From assembly GCA_049724395.1 (NCBI GenBank), contig JAUGWO010000112.1, positions 186,001 through 250,000 on the forward strand: a stretch of 64,000 nucleotides of DNA, in the 5' to 3' direction. The notes beneath the pieces are model-generated. The model searched no databases, was not told the DNA's origin, and saw only the letters and a program-made list of their open reading frames with translations. Shown here piece by piece: positions 12,753-27,846 of the stretch; the first letter of the stretch is position 1; every line of letters begins with the position of its first letter. The stretch is from Spongospora subterranea f. sp. subterranea. Lineage: Eukaryota. The translations under genes were made by a program, and so were the position numbers.

Positions 12753-14973
12753 TCACTTTTTAGAACATCTTTTTGGTAAACGAAACGAATGAGCACAAAA
12801 AGAAAACGTATCTGGGTTCAACGCAAACTTCGCCATGATCATGCCCATTTGATAGTGTATATCGTTTGATGAGTTAATTATGACCTTAGTGTCATTATGG
12901 ATTGATACAGATTCTGCTGTTATAGCGTCATCGATTGAATCATGGTCATGTTGAAACACAATGACACCACGAACAAGTCCACCGCCATTACTGGTTAACA
13001 CGCGTATCACAGATTTAACTGAACGGGCCATGATTGGGTTGGTGAATATGACCATGCTCGTATCTTCCAAGAACAATCGTTTCCGAACGTTTTCGGCAGT
13101 CAACACATCCGTGTTGATGACGAAATCCTTGAGCTTTACTTGCAACAGGTCAATAAGATCAGGCGAAGGACAAAACGCAAACATGATCACGTAATTCATC
13201 ACACGTTTTTGCTCGATGAGGAAAGGCTCTTGATTGCGACATGCCAATATCTGACTCGCATATTCCGCGCGTATATCATCAAGAGTGGCAAATCGTTTTT
13301 CCTGCAGCTGATGTTTGACCCATCTTGACATTTTTTCACCAAAAGCGATCCAGTCCTGAACATCACAACTCTGCCCTCTTCCTATTCGTTTGACGCTGCT
13401 GGCGATCCCACCGATATTCCATGCCAAAATCTCAGTGCGGATCGCTTTATGCATCATATACCAGATCGACTTCACTTTCCACAACCCGATTGTGCGACCG
13501 TCATCGGTTTCGCAATAAACGACAGCTCCTTCCGAGTTTGTTCTGGCTTTCGCCAGACACAATGCTGAATCCAGCTCCTCATACGAGACCGTTTGCGCCT
13601 CGACCGTCCTCAAGCCGAACCTCTTCGCTAATGCAATCCCTCTTGATGCAGAATAGCACAATATGTTATGAGGAAACACGTTCACACAGACACCATCACT
13701 GGGTAACACAGCATCACACAAACTGCATCGTAACGATATAGCCGGTGACGTAATCTGCGGCACTTCCGTATTTACCGATACACCATTTAACGTCCCTTCA
13801 GTGGCATGTGAGGTCTGTTTGAGTGGTTGTGTATCTATAGGTTCATTACATGACCCACATCTATCACAATCTCGGCCCGCGCTGGGTGACGAAGCCGGCC
13901 AACAGACGCAACGTGATACTTGAACACAGTTGACCATTTTCACTGGGTCAATATGCGGAGAAGCAGTCGATAACGATGCCCAGCACCACTTATCGCCTGT
14001 TTGATTGGGGATTAGAGACGGGGAATGATTCTGATATGTTGAGTGCAGGAATGCGTCTTGATGGAACGATGGGAAATCGCCATGAATCGTGATCGGGCAC
14101 GTCCAGGCGAAGAAACGGAGATGAATGTCAGCATCGTAGAGTACAATATGCTGGGAGGTTGGGTCAATCAGCTCAAAGTTGGCGGTGACACAGTTAGACG
14201 ACAAATATTCTAGGAAAGGATAACGATCAATCCGAGAAAGTTGATCCATCATCGCATGAGCCACACGACATGCAAAACGGTACACCGATTGGGTTTCGTA
14301 GCTTGCAATGTCGCTGCGTTGACGAATAGCCATATGCACATTTTTGGATCCAACAATCAACACAAAATCGTTGTCGAAGGATAGAACAGCTAGATGGCCG
14401 ACTTCTCCGTTCTCTTTATCGGTAAAAACAAATTTAGTGGTGGGAGACAGAGCAGCACGAGCTCCTAGAAAGAATGATTCCCATTGTGATGTTGGTCTGT
14501 TCTTAAGTCTGGCGGCATCATATGCACCTAGACTAGAATCCTCGAACTCTTCAAATTTTCTCATACCCTGAAGAACCATGCGAACATCTTTTGGGCGGCC
14601 ATCTGTGTATTCTATAACGGCTAGAGTATTTCCACGGGCCAATTTGATCCACAAATCCTGATCAAGAGTGTAAAGCCTCTCGTTCGATCGCGAGTGAAAC
14701 CCTATTGACCGTTGGAAAGAGATCAAAGACAGTACAAAGGAAGCCGAAGTGCTTACCTATATCGAGGAGTGCAATAGATTGGACCCCTACCGGCAATGGA
14801 TTCAAGTTAACCTACTTGACCCTGTTAGAGGACAGAAGACATACTACTCACGAATACACATTTACAGGACGTTGTATGATCTTCAGGAAAGAATTGGCAA
14901 TATTTGTCTGAGCTGGATGGTGCTGGTTTTCTCTTGCCCACTGCAGGTATTCATCAGCGGTAGGCCTGTTCAT
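12753..14973 (-). CDS. RNA-ligase-like (Rnl1/Trl1-type) nucleotidyltransferase; two short 5' exons then one long exon
   Basis: MNRPTADEYLQWAREN..|..LLDIG|FHS...ARGN...GMRKF...TDKENGE (motif I KxNG)...GSKNVH (Ia)...ANFELID (III)...LRFFA (IIIa)...SEGAVVY (IV)...WKVKSIWY (V). Confidence 0.72.
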
Positions 14974-15129
14974 TATTCAGTGGTCAACTGTTCATGATGA
15001 CCTGGGAACACCTTGCCAAGACCGTAGTGGTCAGAGCGTGCTGTGCGGACCCACATTTCTCAGTCCGTGAATATCTCCGACACCCGAGTCCTGTGCAGTT
15101 CTTCAACAGGCTTTTGCTGAGTTCATGGT

Positions 15130-17427
15130 TGCCGCTGGGTAATCGGACAAATTTGGTTAATAACGCCACGTATACCGCCGCTGAAGGTTCCTGGTGTCCC
15201 TTTGATATCATCACTGGACTCAGTCGCTACACAAGAACCTGTTGTTGGTTCAATGAAGCGTGGATTTGTTGCTGTACGTTCATGTTGTCTGTGGCGGTGA
15301 TTTGTTGGTTTCAACAAAACATCCCTCGCAACTCTTTTTAAAAGAAGCAGAGGAGAGAAGCAATTGTTGCAGCCAAAATGTTTCTCACAAGTAATGGCAA
15401 TAGTTGTTTTCAGCAGTTGATTAAACAAAAATTGTGCTTTGAGGAAAGCGTGGGTATTTTAAAGCTTCAGATCGACACTGACCATAACGGTAGAACACTA
15501 ATGTTGAAAACCAATTTCAGGGATTTGCCGCAGAAATTAAGGGAATATCAAATATCGTCAAGGAGTTGAACAGTGACGTTGCTCAAGAGCTCGTTGGTTA
15601 TATAGATGATTGATTGAGCATTAGCCAATTTTTGACACATAGCCTGTCAAGTTCTCTACCCTTTGCCTAACTTTACGGTCTCACCGAAACACGATGAGAT
15701 CATGATGGAGTATCTTTTGGTTATTTATCGATGATGGATATTTCCCAACATTCGCAACTTCGTGGCTGCATTGGAGATCTTTTGATGCCCAAACTGTTGA
15801 CTGAAGAGCATATATGCCGATTGAAGGCCTTGCCCCAGCTGCATGAACTCGGCAAATCATTCGCTCATTCCCCTAATTCTATAATACACCGGTTTCGCTC
15901 GAAACAATGCCAAGTGGGAAGACCGTCATCACCAGCAACTTGATAAAAACTAGTCGACTCGCAACATGGTCAATAATGTTAAAACAAGAAACAAGTGAGG
16001 TCAGCGGATCACCCATTTGCTGAGTGATCGGGGATATTGCTGTCTCCCATAATGATGTTATACAGGATGGCGTGAAGGCTCGACTTTTCGAATGTATAGG
16101 CTAAACCATAATGGTTCCAGATAATAACACGACTTTTGAGAACCGAAACTACCGATATGGACAATTTCCAGACCTTCGCGATGTTCTGCATGAATATCGT
16201 AATAGAAACAGTATCATCTTTTCACGTAGCTGATGTAAGAATTCGATCAACGCAGTTCAGGATTCAACTGGTTTGCTAGACTTGTCCACGTTTATTGATG
16301 GCTTTTTCCGGATAACTAGCGTCATAAATGACCATGATCAATAGATTCTCCAGAAATAGTTCCAGCCTGGTCAATTCCAAGAGCGGCGTCTGAGTATTTT
16401 CAAGCGGAAAAGCAATGATGGCCCTGTTCCAAGGGCGGGAACCCGACTCTGATTCCGGTTAGCACCTTAGGTAGATTTATTGCTATTTCCAGATCGATCA
16501 AAGAAACAATATCTAGCAAACACTCCAATTATAAGTAATGCCGATATCTGTATTGCCTGCGGGAAGAAATAGGTCTGGTACATCCTGCAGCCAGCTAGCG
16601 CCATGGCAATGTCGGGATACATCTTCCCCCGGCCTTCATCAGCCTAAACCTCATTACTTTTACACCAATTATCAGCTATCAAATAGGTTCGGGGACTTTC
16701 ACCAGACTCTTTTCATTTCTGGTTTACTATATTATTGATTGGTTCTTTTACAGCGTAATTCAATTAAGGTCAAAGGTTGAGCCATACGTTTATCCAGCCA
16801 GAGAAGATGTTCCAAGGTCCTTTAGCCATGTCAGATCTGAATACCAGGAGAAGATGGAGGATGGATTAAAGCCTAGGTTTTCCTCGGTCAAATCCCAAAG
16901 TACGTTTCGTCAACCATAACACATTCTTTATTTTGATTTTTATCAAGGCGTGCCACGACAACATAAATCAGGCAAAAAACTCTTCAATGGGATTCCCCCC
17001 TCAGTGGAATACAAACTGAAAAAGCGTCGAAACCTGCTGGTAGACGATGTAATGCTGTAGGTTTGCAACGACTCATTCCGATAATTAACAGGAATCGGCT
17101 GGAAAAACCGTGGGACCAGATCAGCGATGGCAATGGGATAAACAAACCCGTCCTCAGCCTGTTTCCCACTCCTCCAGTTCCAACGCGGATTCTGAACAAT
17201 TCACAAAGACACATCCTAATTCGATGGATTCCATAATCAATAATTGGAGGAATCGATTCAATGAAAGTCGTGGCTATGATACTGTTCAATACCGCAAGAA
17301 AAACGTGTATTCGAGACAAACCTTCATTGACGGGACAGCTGAGATGAACTCTATCATGCATGAGTACCCATATGAGAGTTCCGGGTTTACTCCAAACACC
17401 TCAAATGAAGATTATAAGCCCTTATAG
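15130..17427 (+). CDS. Hypothetical multi-exon protein; structure unresolved
   Basis: Exon-like plus-strand segments (ATLLKEAEERSN; FAAEIKGISNIVKELNSDVAQELV; LLMPKLLTEEHICRLKALPQLHEL) and terminal ORF 17110-17427. Confidence 0.3.
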
Positions 17428-17650
17428 GAAAAGTAACCTTTCCAAGCAAATAAACCTGGGGAGATATAGCGAAACTCGTCTCTAGCGGTGCATTCAAAGC
17501 TTAGAATCGGAAAACAATGTGTGGTGTTGCAATATCTTATCGTCATCGCACGTGGAAGAACTCTTTTGTGCTGATATGTCCAAATTCTCGCTGATTGTGT
17601 AAATCCCGGGATTCGCTGGATTAGAGTCCTTTACAGTTGGAATTATCGTC

Positions 17651-19107
17651 TTAGGTATTGCTTTCTGTATTAATTATAGAATATTGTGTTGATGGAGATC
17701 CCGTGGTGTCCAGGCAGTTCATGCACAGATCCTTGCCAGATGTAGTGGCAATCAGACTTTCGTGAAGGCATAAACGCCTGCCGAAGGAATGTAGACCGTC
17801 GAATTCAGCAATAGCATTCTTCTCGTCGATATCGATCTTGTTGTAGGCGAATAAGCTCATAAGTAAAGGGAGCTGCCATAGCGACGTGTGGAATAACGAC
17901 CTTGCCGTATCGTCTGAGGTATTACTGTAAAATTGCCAGGCTTTAGACGCGATGAATCCGTTCGCTAACAACCCATGGATGGCAAACATGGCGCTGGTCA
18001 TTCCGATATACGTAGTGAAAATCGGCAAGGGGAACAGGCAAGCTGTGTAAATCAGTGAGGTTAATGATGTGCTCTTCCCCGAGACATCGTTCAAAGATCG
18101 CATCCTATAACCACCTAAAACACATCAGCCTCATGATCAAGTCGACAGTGGTCGAGTTCCCCATTACCGATAGCATAATCTTTACGCAGCAGCCAGGCTA
18201 ATGATAGGAAATGAGGCATTTGCCACAAAAAGAGAATTGAACCCAGTACAGCTGTTTCGGGAGCGAGGAATGATCCAGTCGCTGCGGTCCATCCCATGAT
18301 TGGTGGAATAGCTCCCACTATCGCCCCTGATAAAAACTCGAGGTCAGTATGTGATCGGTAAAGAAAAAACCTCACGATCAACCAATTTCGGAGTTGAATA
18401 TCGTTTTCTTTTTTAGAGGTGTATATATTTGAGTGTAAAGAAGGAGATTGGCTAGGCCAAGAGCGCCAGTAATGGGGTTATTGCCAATAATAAGGCAACC
18501 AATCCCTAATGATCCCGATACAGCACTAAGTCATCTTCAAACTCCAACCATAATCACAGGCAATCTTCCTAACCCAAAAGTTTTTGCCTGAAAAGAGGTT
18601 ATGGTATTTGTTGGAAGCGGCCTCAGCCTTGTTCGCTTCATTAACGCATCACTTTTCACCTGTAATTTATAGTTAGTGGAATGACACCTTAATTTGTCAG
18701 CATCACCTCAATGATTTGATTGAACGTACTAGCGCTGCATGCCGTCAAAAACGTTCCAACCATTACTGAAGCAAGTGGAATTGCTTCAATGGGACTTCCG
18801 CCCGCCAAGAACCCAAGCCCAGCCGTACTTGTGACTAGACCCGATAACTGAAACTTGGATAGTCGAGAAATGACCCGGGCATATGATGATATTTTGGTCT
18901 TCATGGCGCTCTGGAAGACGCCCTCGTCCCCGTCCAGATCCAGGGACAAGAGCGGCCAAGGGTTACCACGTTATGACTTAGAAATCGCCTGTATCTATAT
19001 CTGACTTGGGCCTGACTGGCCCCACGCTCCCCTCCGCTTACAATGACGACAGAATGAATGCCCTTGATGACGCGCCAACAAGAAAATTCGTTGCGCGACC
19101 AACACAT
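17651..19107 (-). CDS. COX10: Protoheme IX farnesyltransferase (heme O synthase), multi-exon
   Basis: LSKFQLSGLVTST; SASTFNQIIE..DALMKRTRLRPLP; LYTQIYTPLKR; GAIVGAIPPIMGWTAATG; LFLWQMPHFLSLAWLLRKDY; ARSLFHTSLWQLP. Confidence 0.95.
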
Positions 19108-19924
19108 GCACGAAACTCTGCAGGTGTTATTCTGCCTGATTTGCCAACATCACGTATCGGCACACATGCAGAGCTTCGGGCATGTGGTGGTCGCGCAGCG
19201 AATTCTTTTGTTGGCGAGTCGTCCAGTCGTCATGGGCATTAATTCTTCAACACCGAGGTTGCCACTGAACTCAGCCGAACTGATTTCAAGCCCAATATGT
19301 GCAACAAACTGAGAAAAGGGTGTTCCTGCATCTCACGTCTGAATGAACAACAGTTCGCATTGTCCGTTTCGTGTTATTTTTCAAATGTGATTACAAGACC
19401 TGAGAATTAATTCTAAGCTCAAGTGAGCGGAACTTCGCACGAAAATCATCCCCCGTTATGTAGCACGATTCATTACAAAATCCTTAATTGCACGATAATG
19501 CTTGAAATGCTAATAATCGTCATTTTCAAGAAAGTCCGTTACGCCCATCAATAGTTTAATTATTTAACGGATCTCTCGAATAGTCTTTAAAATTCGTCCG
19601 CATTGCATTTGCTAGAGTAGGATTTGTCGTACTGACAGGGATTTGCAAGATTTGATAAGGGCTGCGGTACTAGACTGATCGTGCAGTGTATCTAGAATGT
19701 TGTAATTACTCTTTCCCCATTGATACCACCTGCAGAAATACAGTTTGCACAGCAGTTGATTCTGATAAAGTAGCTCAGTTCAAACATTGCGCCATCCGCC
19801 AGTCGATCCTGTCAAGCGTGTTAAGCAGCCAGGTGCCGACAGGTACCAACTACCAGGTGCCTGTGTGGGTGGTCATTGTCCGCTGTCGCCTTTAACGAAA
19901 TCCAAGCCGTTTAGGTCGCCTTGA

Positions 19925-20630
19925 ATGGCGACAAAGCTATTGATTATTTTCCTCAAATCCTGGTTCCTGTTTCTGTTGGTTTGGCCGTTTTCGTTTCTGT
20001 TGACGTTATTATCGGATCCCTGGATGGCGCTCGTGTTTGTGTTTTTCTTAAACGCCCTGCTTGCCGGCTATTCGATCGTGGCATTATCGCAATCTGAAAC
20101 CGGGCTCTCTGATAAGGCGTTGGCAATCCCATTATTCCCATCTGTTGCCATGTCGACAACGTTAATTGCTTATTATATTGGCGCAATCAATGCTTCAGTT
20201 TTCGTTGTGGTTTGTGCTATTGCTGGGGTTGTTATTATCGAAGGTGCTCAATTTAGTTTTTGTTCATCGCTTCGTTAACAGAATTTACATGGTTTAGGCA
20301 TAGTGTTGCTCTCGGTACTTATGGGGAACAGGTAAAAGAATAGGTGTTCAACAGGCGATGACTACCATTGGGATTCTATCTCCTATATTAATGTCCATCG
20401 TATGGATTATCAGCAGCTCTGGCATATCCTTCAAATATGGGTGCCTCATCTCCGTCACTGCATCATTTTGCAATGTACTCTTCAACAAGTATGAGTGGAT
20501 CGCATTCTGAGCAACGGTGCTAACTGTTTTTGTTGGTGTGTCTTAACCAGATCATCCTTGTCCGTCGGTTTCCCCCAACTTCCCGTTGACAAAAGGTCTC
20601 ATTATCAGAGGCGATCAAGATCAAGACAGT
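19925..20630 (+). CDS. Hypothetical multi-pass membrane protein
   Basis: ATG-initiated ORF with 3-4 hydrophobic segments, followed by further hydrophobic exon-like segments. Confidence 0.45.
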
Positions 20631-21895
20631 AAATTCCCTTAAATATCTATCTATCCAAAAAACATTCCAAAAATTTTTTCAAGTCGTTTCTCCCATTAGA
20701 ATAGCCGCCCGTTTCAGATATTCATCCTGTCTCACGAACAATTTCTTTGTTGGCGGTTGTTGTCTGTTCACAAGTCGGGTCATGGCAGAAGCTGTTTTGA
20801 CCAACATGACCGTTCCGAACTGCAGCTGCTTGCCGTTTCGTAAAATTGGTCGCCTAGAACAGTATTGGCGATTGATTGTGTCTGTCGATATTATTTGGTT
20901 GTCAATCTGGGCCCGCCCCGGCTGAACCCGTGACTGTAATGATGTCAAATGCCGGGACAGGTTACCGATACTCGTGTCAGCCAACGATTGTGCTGCGCAG
21001 TATATTGGAGACATATTCGTGACGAGATTATGATACCGTCATCGCCCGATAAACCTCGACATTCTGTACCGGTTGACCCCAGCCCTGGTCAATGTATTTT
21101 TTCTGGCACAATCATCCACATCTCTCAAAACAACGCTGAGGAAATTATCATTTGGTCGACTTCTGTGCTTAATTATGGGGTTTTCTGGTTGCTAAACTGG
21201 TGCTTTGTATCTATATAGTGACAATGGATTTGTGGTGAAATCGCAAGATGGAATTTGCCTCAGGTTGCCGGTTCCAAAGAAGAATTGTGTTATTTTCCTC
21301 TATCCGGATGCTGATTCCAATAGGATCCGGATACGACTCGAGTTTACTCAGGGTCAATGTCAAGAAAATGTTATTGTCAGCTCCATATGCAGTCAAGATG
21401 ATAGCCGAAGCGCATATATCCATGCCACATTTTCCGATAACTCTCTTCCGTCTGATTGGGTCCTCAAAGGGACCGTCTCCTGGAGGTAGATTTTGACTCG
21501 CTCTGGACTGTTGAAAATGCTAAACCTGTTTTTGTACAGAACCGTCAATCGTTTGGGTAAACACCACCAGCGTGAAGCTGCATAATCATTCTATTACCTA
21601 ATTAGATATATAATTTAAATTGATTATTTGAAAAACTAATATAATGTTCAAGTTGAACGACGTCAATAATGTGTTTGTTGTATGTAAGTTTGAAAGGAAA
21701 GGGTTGGATTAGGGTTGTAATGATAACGGTCCGTCGGCGGTCACGGCGTTTACAGTACTAGTGACAGGAGGCCATTACCCATTAGTAATCGAAACGGGAG
21801 AAGACTCTACCCTGTTTACCATATCCGCCTTCAGATAATCCTGAATCCCGCCCTGTCTGACACAGTCTCGGGGTGGATAACCTTCAACTGCCAAC

Positions 21896-22340
21896 ATGCC
21901 CAAATACTATTGCGACTATTGTGATCGATTTCTAACACACGACTCATTTCAGGGCAGGAAACAGCATAATCGAGGGAAAAAACACCAAGATAATATCCGC
22001 ATGTATTTTAGCGAGTATATTGGACAGATGATGAATCCAGGTATGCCAATGATGCCAATGCCAGGCGGAATGGGAATGCCATTTCCTGCTCCTGCAGGTT
22101 TGCCCCAGGTATTACGCTTTAATATGTCGAACACACAATTTTAAATTTGATGTTCATTAGGGATTTCCGTCTGGTGTTCCACCAGCCCCATTCCGGTTCC
22201 CAGGTGGTGTGCCTCCCTCTGGACCCCCTCCCGCTTTTCCTGGCCCACCGCCCTCAATGCCCTCGCGATTCCCGCCGACTGGGGTCGCGTTCCCACCGCC
22301 GCGATTTCCGGCAGGTCCACCGCCAACAGGATTTCCACCC
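21896..22340 (+). CDS. SNRPC: U1 snRNP protein C, 2 exons, Pro-rich tail; 3' end approximate
   Basis: [33 protein letters not shown] matrin-type zinc finger followed by a P/G/M-rich region. Confidence 0.95.
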
Positions 22341-22493
22341 AGCCAAGCTACTTAAATACCATAATGCATATATAAATCATATATTAATCAACATTTTGAA
22401 AACGCCCGACCTTCATATGAATTGTCCCACAATTTCGTTTGATAAACTCTTTTGGCGGTCACGGACTCCGTCGTTAATCATCGAACACAAAGT

Positions 22494-23836
22494 ATGACTG
22501 CCGAAACTCCAAAAGATCCAGGTCACCACGATCAGAAATCGGGAGATGTGACCCCTGAAGTGCACGCCTTTTGGGATACGCAACCCGTCCCCAAGCTCCA
22601 TGACAAAATTGACTCCGGCGATCCTCACGCAGCGATCGATACCCCGAAGACAGTCGATCAGGTTAAGCAGACTCCTTTCGCATTACCAAGTCTTTATGAA
22701 TGGTACGATATCGACATGACTAATGAAACGGAGGTTGATCAAGTATACGATCTATTGACCAGAAATTACGTTGAAGATACGGACGCCATGTTCAGGTATC
22801 TTTCCATTTTTTTTTAAACATAATTCTTTCTGATATTTTCCGTTTGTGCAGATTTGATTATTCCCGGGAATTCTTACGATGGGCATTGATGCCTCCGGGG
22901 TTCAGACGAGATTGGCATCCAGCTGTACGCGTGAAAGAGACCAAGAAATTGGTGGCATTCATTAGTGCAATCCCGGCCAAGATCCAGGCATACGATAATC
23001 CCCTTCCCATGGTCGAAATCAACTACCTTTGCGTTCACAAAAAATTACGCAGCAAGCGTCTGGCTCCCGTTCTGATCAAAGAGATCACTCGCCGGGTCAA
23101 TCTCACAGATATCTGGCAGGCTACTTACACTGCTGGCGCCTTGCTGCCTAGGCCGGTTGCCCGAAACCGTTATTATCATCGGTCGTTGAATCCTAAAAAA
23201 CTGATTGAAGTCGGATTCAGTCAGTTGGCTCGACGGATGACGCTCAAGATGACTTTACGTTTATATCAACTTGAACCTGAAACCTCGCTTCCTAATCTCC
23301 GGCCCATGACTAGAGACGATATTTCGTCTGCCCGACAGCTTTTAGCCCAGTATATGGCAAAGTTCAAATTATTTGTGCACATCTCCGAGGAAGAATTCGC
23401 GCATTGGTTTCTTCCCCGGAAAGACGTTGTGTATTCGTACGTCGTTTGCGATTCATCCACAAATATTGTCACCGATATGATCAGCTTCTACTGCTTGCCG
23501 TCTTCTGTTTTGGGCAATTCGTTGCACACGACATTACGCGCTGCGTTCTCTTTTTATAATGTCGCTGAATCTGTTCCCTGGCACATACTTATGAAGGAGG
23601 CTCTTATTTTAGCCAAGAACAACGATTTTGACGTGTTCAATGCGCTAAATGTTATGGTTAGCATGTGTTAATTGGCCGTTTTGGGATGAGCTGTGGTCTA
23701 ACGGCGTTGTTAGGATAATGCGAAATTTTTTGAACCGCTGAAGTTCGGCATTGGGGATGGATATCTACATTATTATCTGTACAACTGGAGATGCCCAGAG
23801 ATCGCGTCCGAAGATATCGCCCTTGTTCTGATGTAA
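22494..23836 (+). CDS. NMT1: Glycylpeptide N-myristoyltransferase, 3 exons
   Basis: [73 protein letters not shown]...IALVLM*. Confidence 0.97.
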
Positions 23837-24123
23837 GAACACCCTCAACGTCTACTTTATAATACATCGATCAACATTGTCCGAAATGTCGCCAATCAAC
23901 CCCCTTTTTAATTATCAATCCCCAATTTTGATTACATGCGGTGCATGTTTTTCATACAACTGTTAATACATCGCTACCTTCTCATCGTCCACCGCATCAT
24001 TTTTGCGTGGTTGCTTGCGTTTCACTCTGGTAAAAGGACGGACTTCACAGCGTTTCCGCGACGCACTGCTGTTCGTCACAGACAGCCGCTGGAGTGCAAC
24101 GCTTCAGCGTGTCACCTCTGCCC

Positions 24124-26226
24124 ATGGCGCAAATCACGATATTGTATGGGTCCCAGAGTGGGTGCTCCCAGGAAATCGCTGAACGGATAGAGCGGCAAGG
24201 AAGGTTGAGACAGTTTACCACCAAGATTTTGTGCATGGATGAGTTCACTCTGGTAATTCTTCGAGAAGTGGTTTTTTGTTTCCGATGGAATTTTGAATTA
24301 TAGGAGCAATTGACTAGTACTAATTCCCTGGTCATTTTTGTTGCTTCCACAACAGGGCAAGGCGTCGCCCCGGACAACATGAAATTATTTTGGACCAGAC
24401 TTTTGCACAAAAGCTTACCATCAGACGCCCTGTCCTCTTTGAAATTTAGCGTGTTTGGTCTTGGGGATTCGTCTTATCCTGTGTACAATGCCGTCGCCCG
24501 AAGGCTATATCAGCGCCTGCTAGACCTTGGCGCCCAGCCATTTCATCCTCGAGGGCTTGGTGATGACCAGCACGCTCTTGGGATTGATGACGCATTTGAA
24601 CCATGGGTTTCCGCAATGTGGTCAAGTGCTCTAACTCAATTTCGTTTAAGTGGTCTAGTTTTGCCCGATAACATTGATTGTCTACCAACTATGTTGCCAC
24701 CAACGGTCCGCGTCACCATTGTGGATAATGTTGGGTCATCACTTGTGCCCGTTCCATTAGGAGCCTTCGGCAGCGGAGTCAATAAATACGTACCGGCCAG
24801 TTCAAGATTAAGTTTAAACAAACGGTTGACGCCTGTCGATCATTTCCAAGATGTTCGCTTGTTAGAATTTGAGATTCCGGGCGCTGTATCAATGCAGTAT
24901 TCACCCGGTGACATTGTAGGTTCAAATTTTCATATGGCCAGTAATAATCTGATATACTCTTTGTTAGTTGATTGTCCACCCATCTAATCCAGTAGAGCCT
25001 GTGCGTGACTTCATCAGCGACATATTGAAACGAGATCCCTACTCTGTTTGCGTTTTAAACCGGATCAATTCTTCATCAATTGACTCGGGTTTACCGTTCG
25101 GTTCTTCGATCACGCTGTTGGATCTGTTTTCCCGCTGGTTGGATGTATTTGGGACACCAAGGCGGTATTTTTTTGAAGTATAATGCAACCATGCACTTTG
25201 ATCGCCTTGTTTCACAATGATATTTAGGTCCTCTCACATTTTGCAGTTGACGAACTGGAAAAGGAAAAGCTTCAGGAATTCTCCACTCCGGAAGGCCAAC
25301 AAGATCTGGCTGCATACGCGTATCGAGAAAAAAGAACGTATGCCGAGGTTTGTGGTTCTCCGACGAAACTTGACCAAAGTTGTTCAAGTAACTCAGGTAC
25401 TTGAAGATTTCCCATCGGTGAAGATCCCGTTAGAGAAGTTAATTGAAGTTATTCCTCGTCTAAAGCCTCGTCAGTTCTCAATTGCCTCATCTCCCTTGGT
25501 AACTATCATTTCTTATCGGGTTGTTTTGCGCATTAATGCGTTTTCGTCACTTAGAAACATTTAAATAAGCTACAAATCATTGTTGCTGTTGTGGAATTCT
25601 TGACGCCCTATAAGCGTCGCCGCATTGGACTTTGCTCACAATATCTACGATCGCTTAATCCAGATACCAATGCTTCAGTCCCAATCTGGGTTCGTTCTGG
25701 AAGCTTCGCTTTACCACCAAATACGCAACCCTTGATTATGATTGGTCCTGGTACCGGTATCGCCCCATTTCGTTCTATGTGCCATCAGATCAGCATGCTT
25801 AGCTATACCGCTCGAGAAGTTTGGGTTTTTTTTTGGCTGCCGAAATCGTACGAAAGACTTTTTTTTCGCCGAGGAATGGAGGGCGTTGCTTGACTCTGGT
25901 GATGTCTCCAAGCTAGAGACCGCTTTTTCCCGGGATCAGATTGACAAAATTTACGTTCAGGATCGTTTGCGAAGTTGTGGGGCTGAAATATGGCGATTGT
26001 TCAATGAAAAGGCGATATTGCTTCTCGCTGGGTATTAGACTGTTTATTATCTTGATCGAAAAGGAACCCATTCCATCATTTCAGGTCTTCGAATGCGATG
26101 CCAAGACAGGTTCACGAAACGCTCGTTGACATCTGCGAAGAACACGGGAACCTCAGTCGTTTAGAAAGCGAAAAGTTTATCAGGCTGCTGCAAAAAACTG
26201 GTCGTTACTTGATAGAGACCTGGTGA
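24124..26226 (+). CDS. NDOR1: NADPH-dependent diflavin oxidoreductase 1 (Tah18/ATR3), multi-exon; +1 frameshift in T-run ~25826-25834
   Basis: ILYGSQSGCSQEIA; ASTTGQGVAPDNMKLFW; FGLGDSSYPVYN; LKPRQFSIASS; IGPGTGIAPFRS; FFGCRN; KIYVQD; YLIETW*. Confidence 0.93.
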
Positions 26227-26642
26227 TCCGACATTAAATTTAGCCGTAAAACCCTTACATTCATCAAATTATATTGTGTAAATATTTCAAATTCACTGAA
26301 ATTTCGTAAGCCAAGCTGTTGATGCAAGACCTAACAGATAGACTTGGTTCGAGAAGTCTGGCGGGAGAGTGGGCAACGGTTCGTGCAGCAGTGGGTGTCT
26401 ATCCATGTACAGTTGAGTCCATCCCGATTAAGGGTGGCCATACCAACAGCGCGCAGTGGGCCAGGCGCCCGCCACAGTGGCTGCTACACGGTACTCAGTC
26501 AGATCGTGTGACACTATGACGGTACGGATCGCTAACGTTGACTGGTGTCTATTGATTAATGATAAAGAGTGCGCTCTTAAGCTCCGCCTCATAGTGCTAT
26601 TTGCTCGTTTAGTGGATCATAATCTTTCTGTTCTGTTTGTGA

Positions 26643-27753
<1,111 letters not shown>

Positions 27754-27846
27754 CTTGTTGTATTGATGGTGTTATAATAAACATTGGGGTTATCCGTGTA
27801 TATTTTCGCAAAAAATATGACACCAAAGTTTTGCCTTTATTATCGA

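Noticed and set aside
20679..21600. Short ORFs on both strands
   Set aside because: A small gene is possible, but no family or consistent exon chain was recognised
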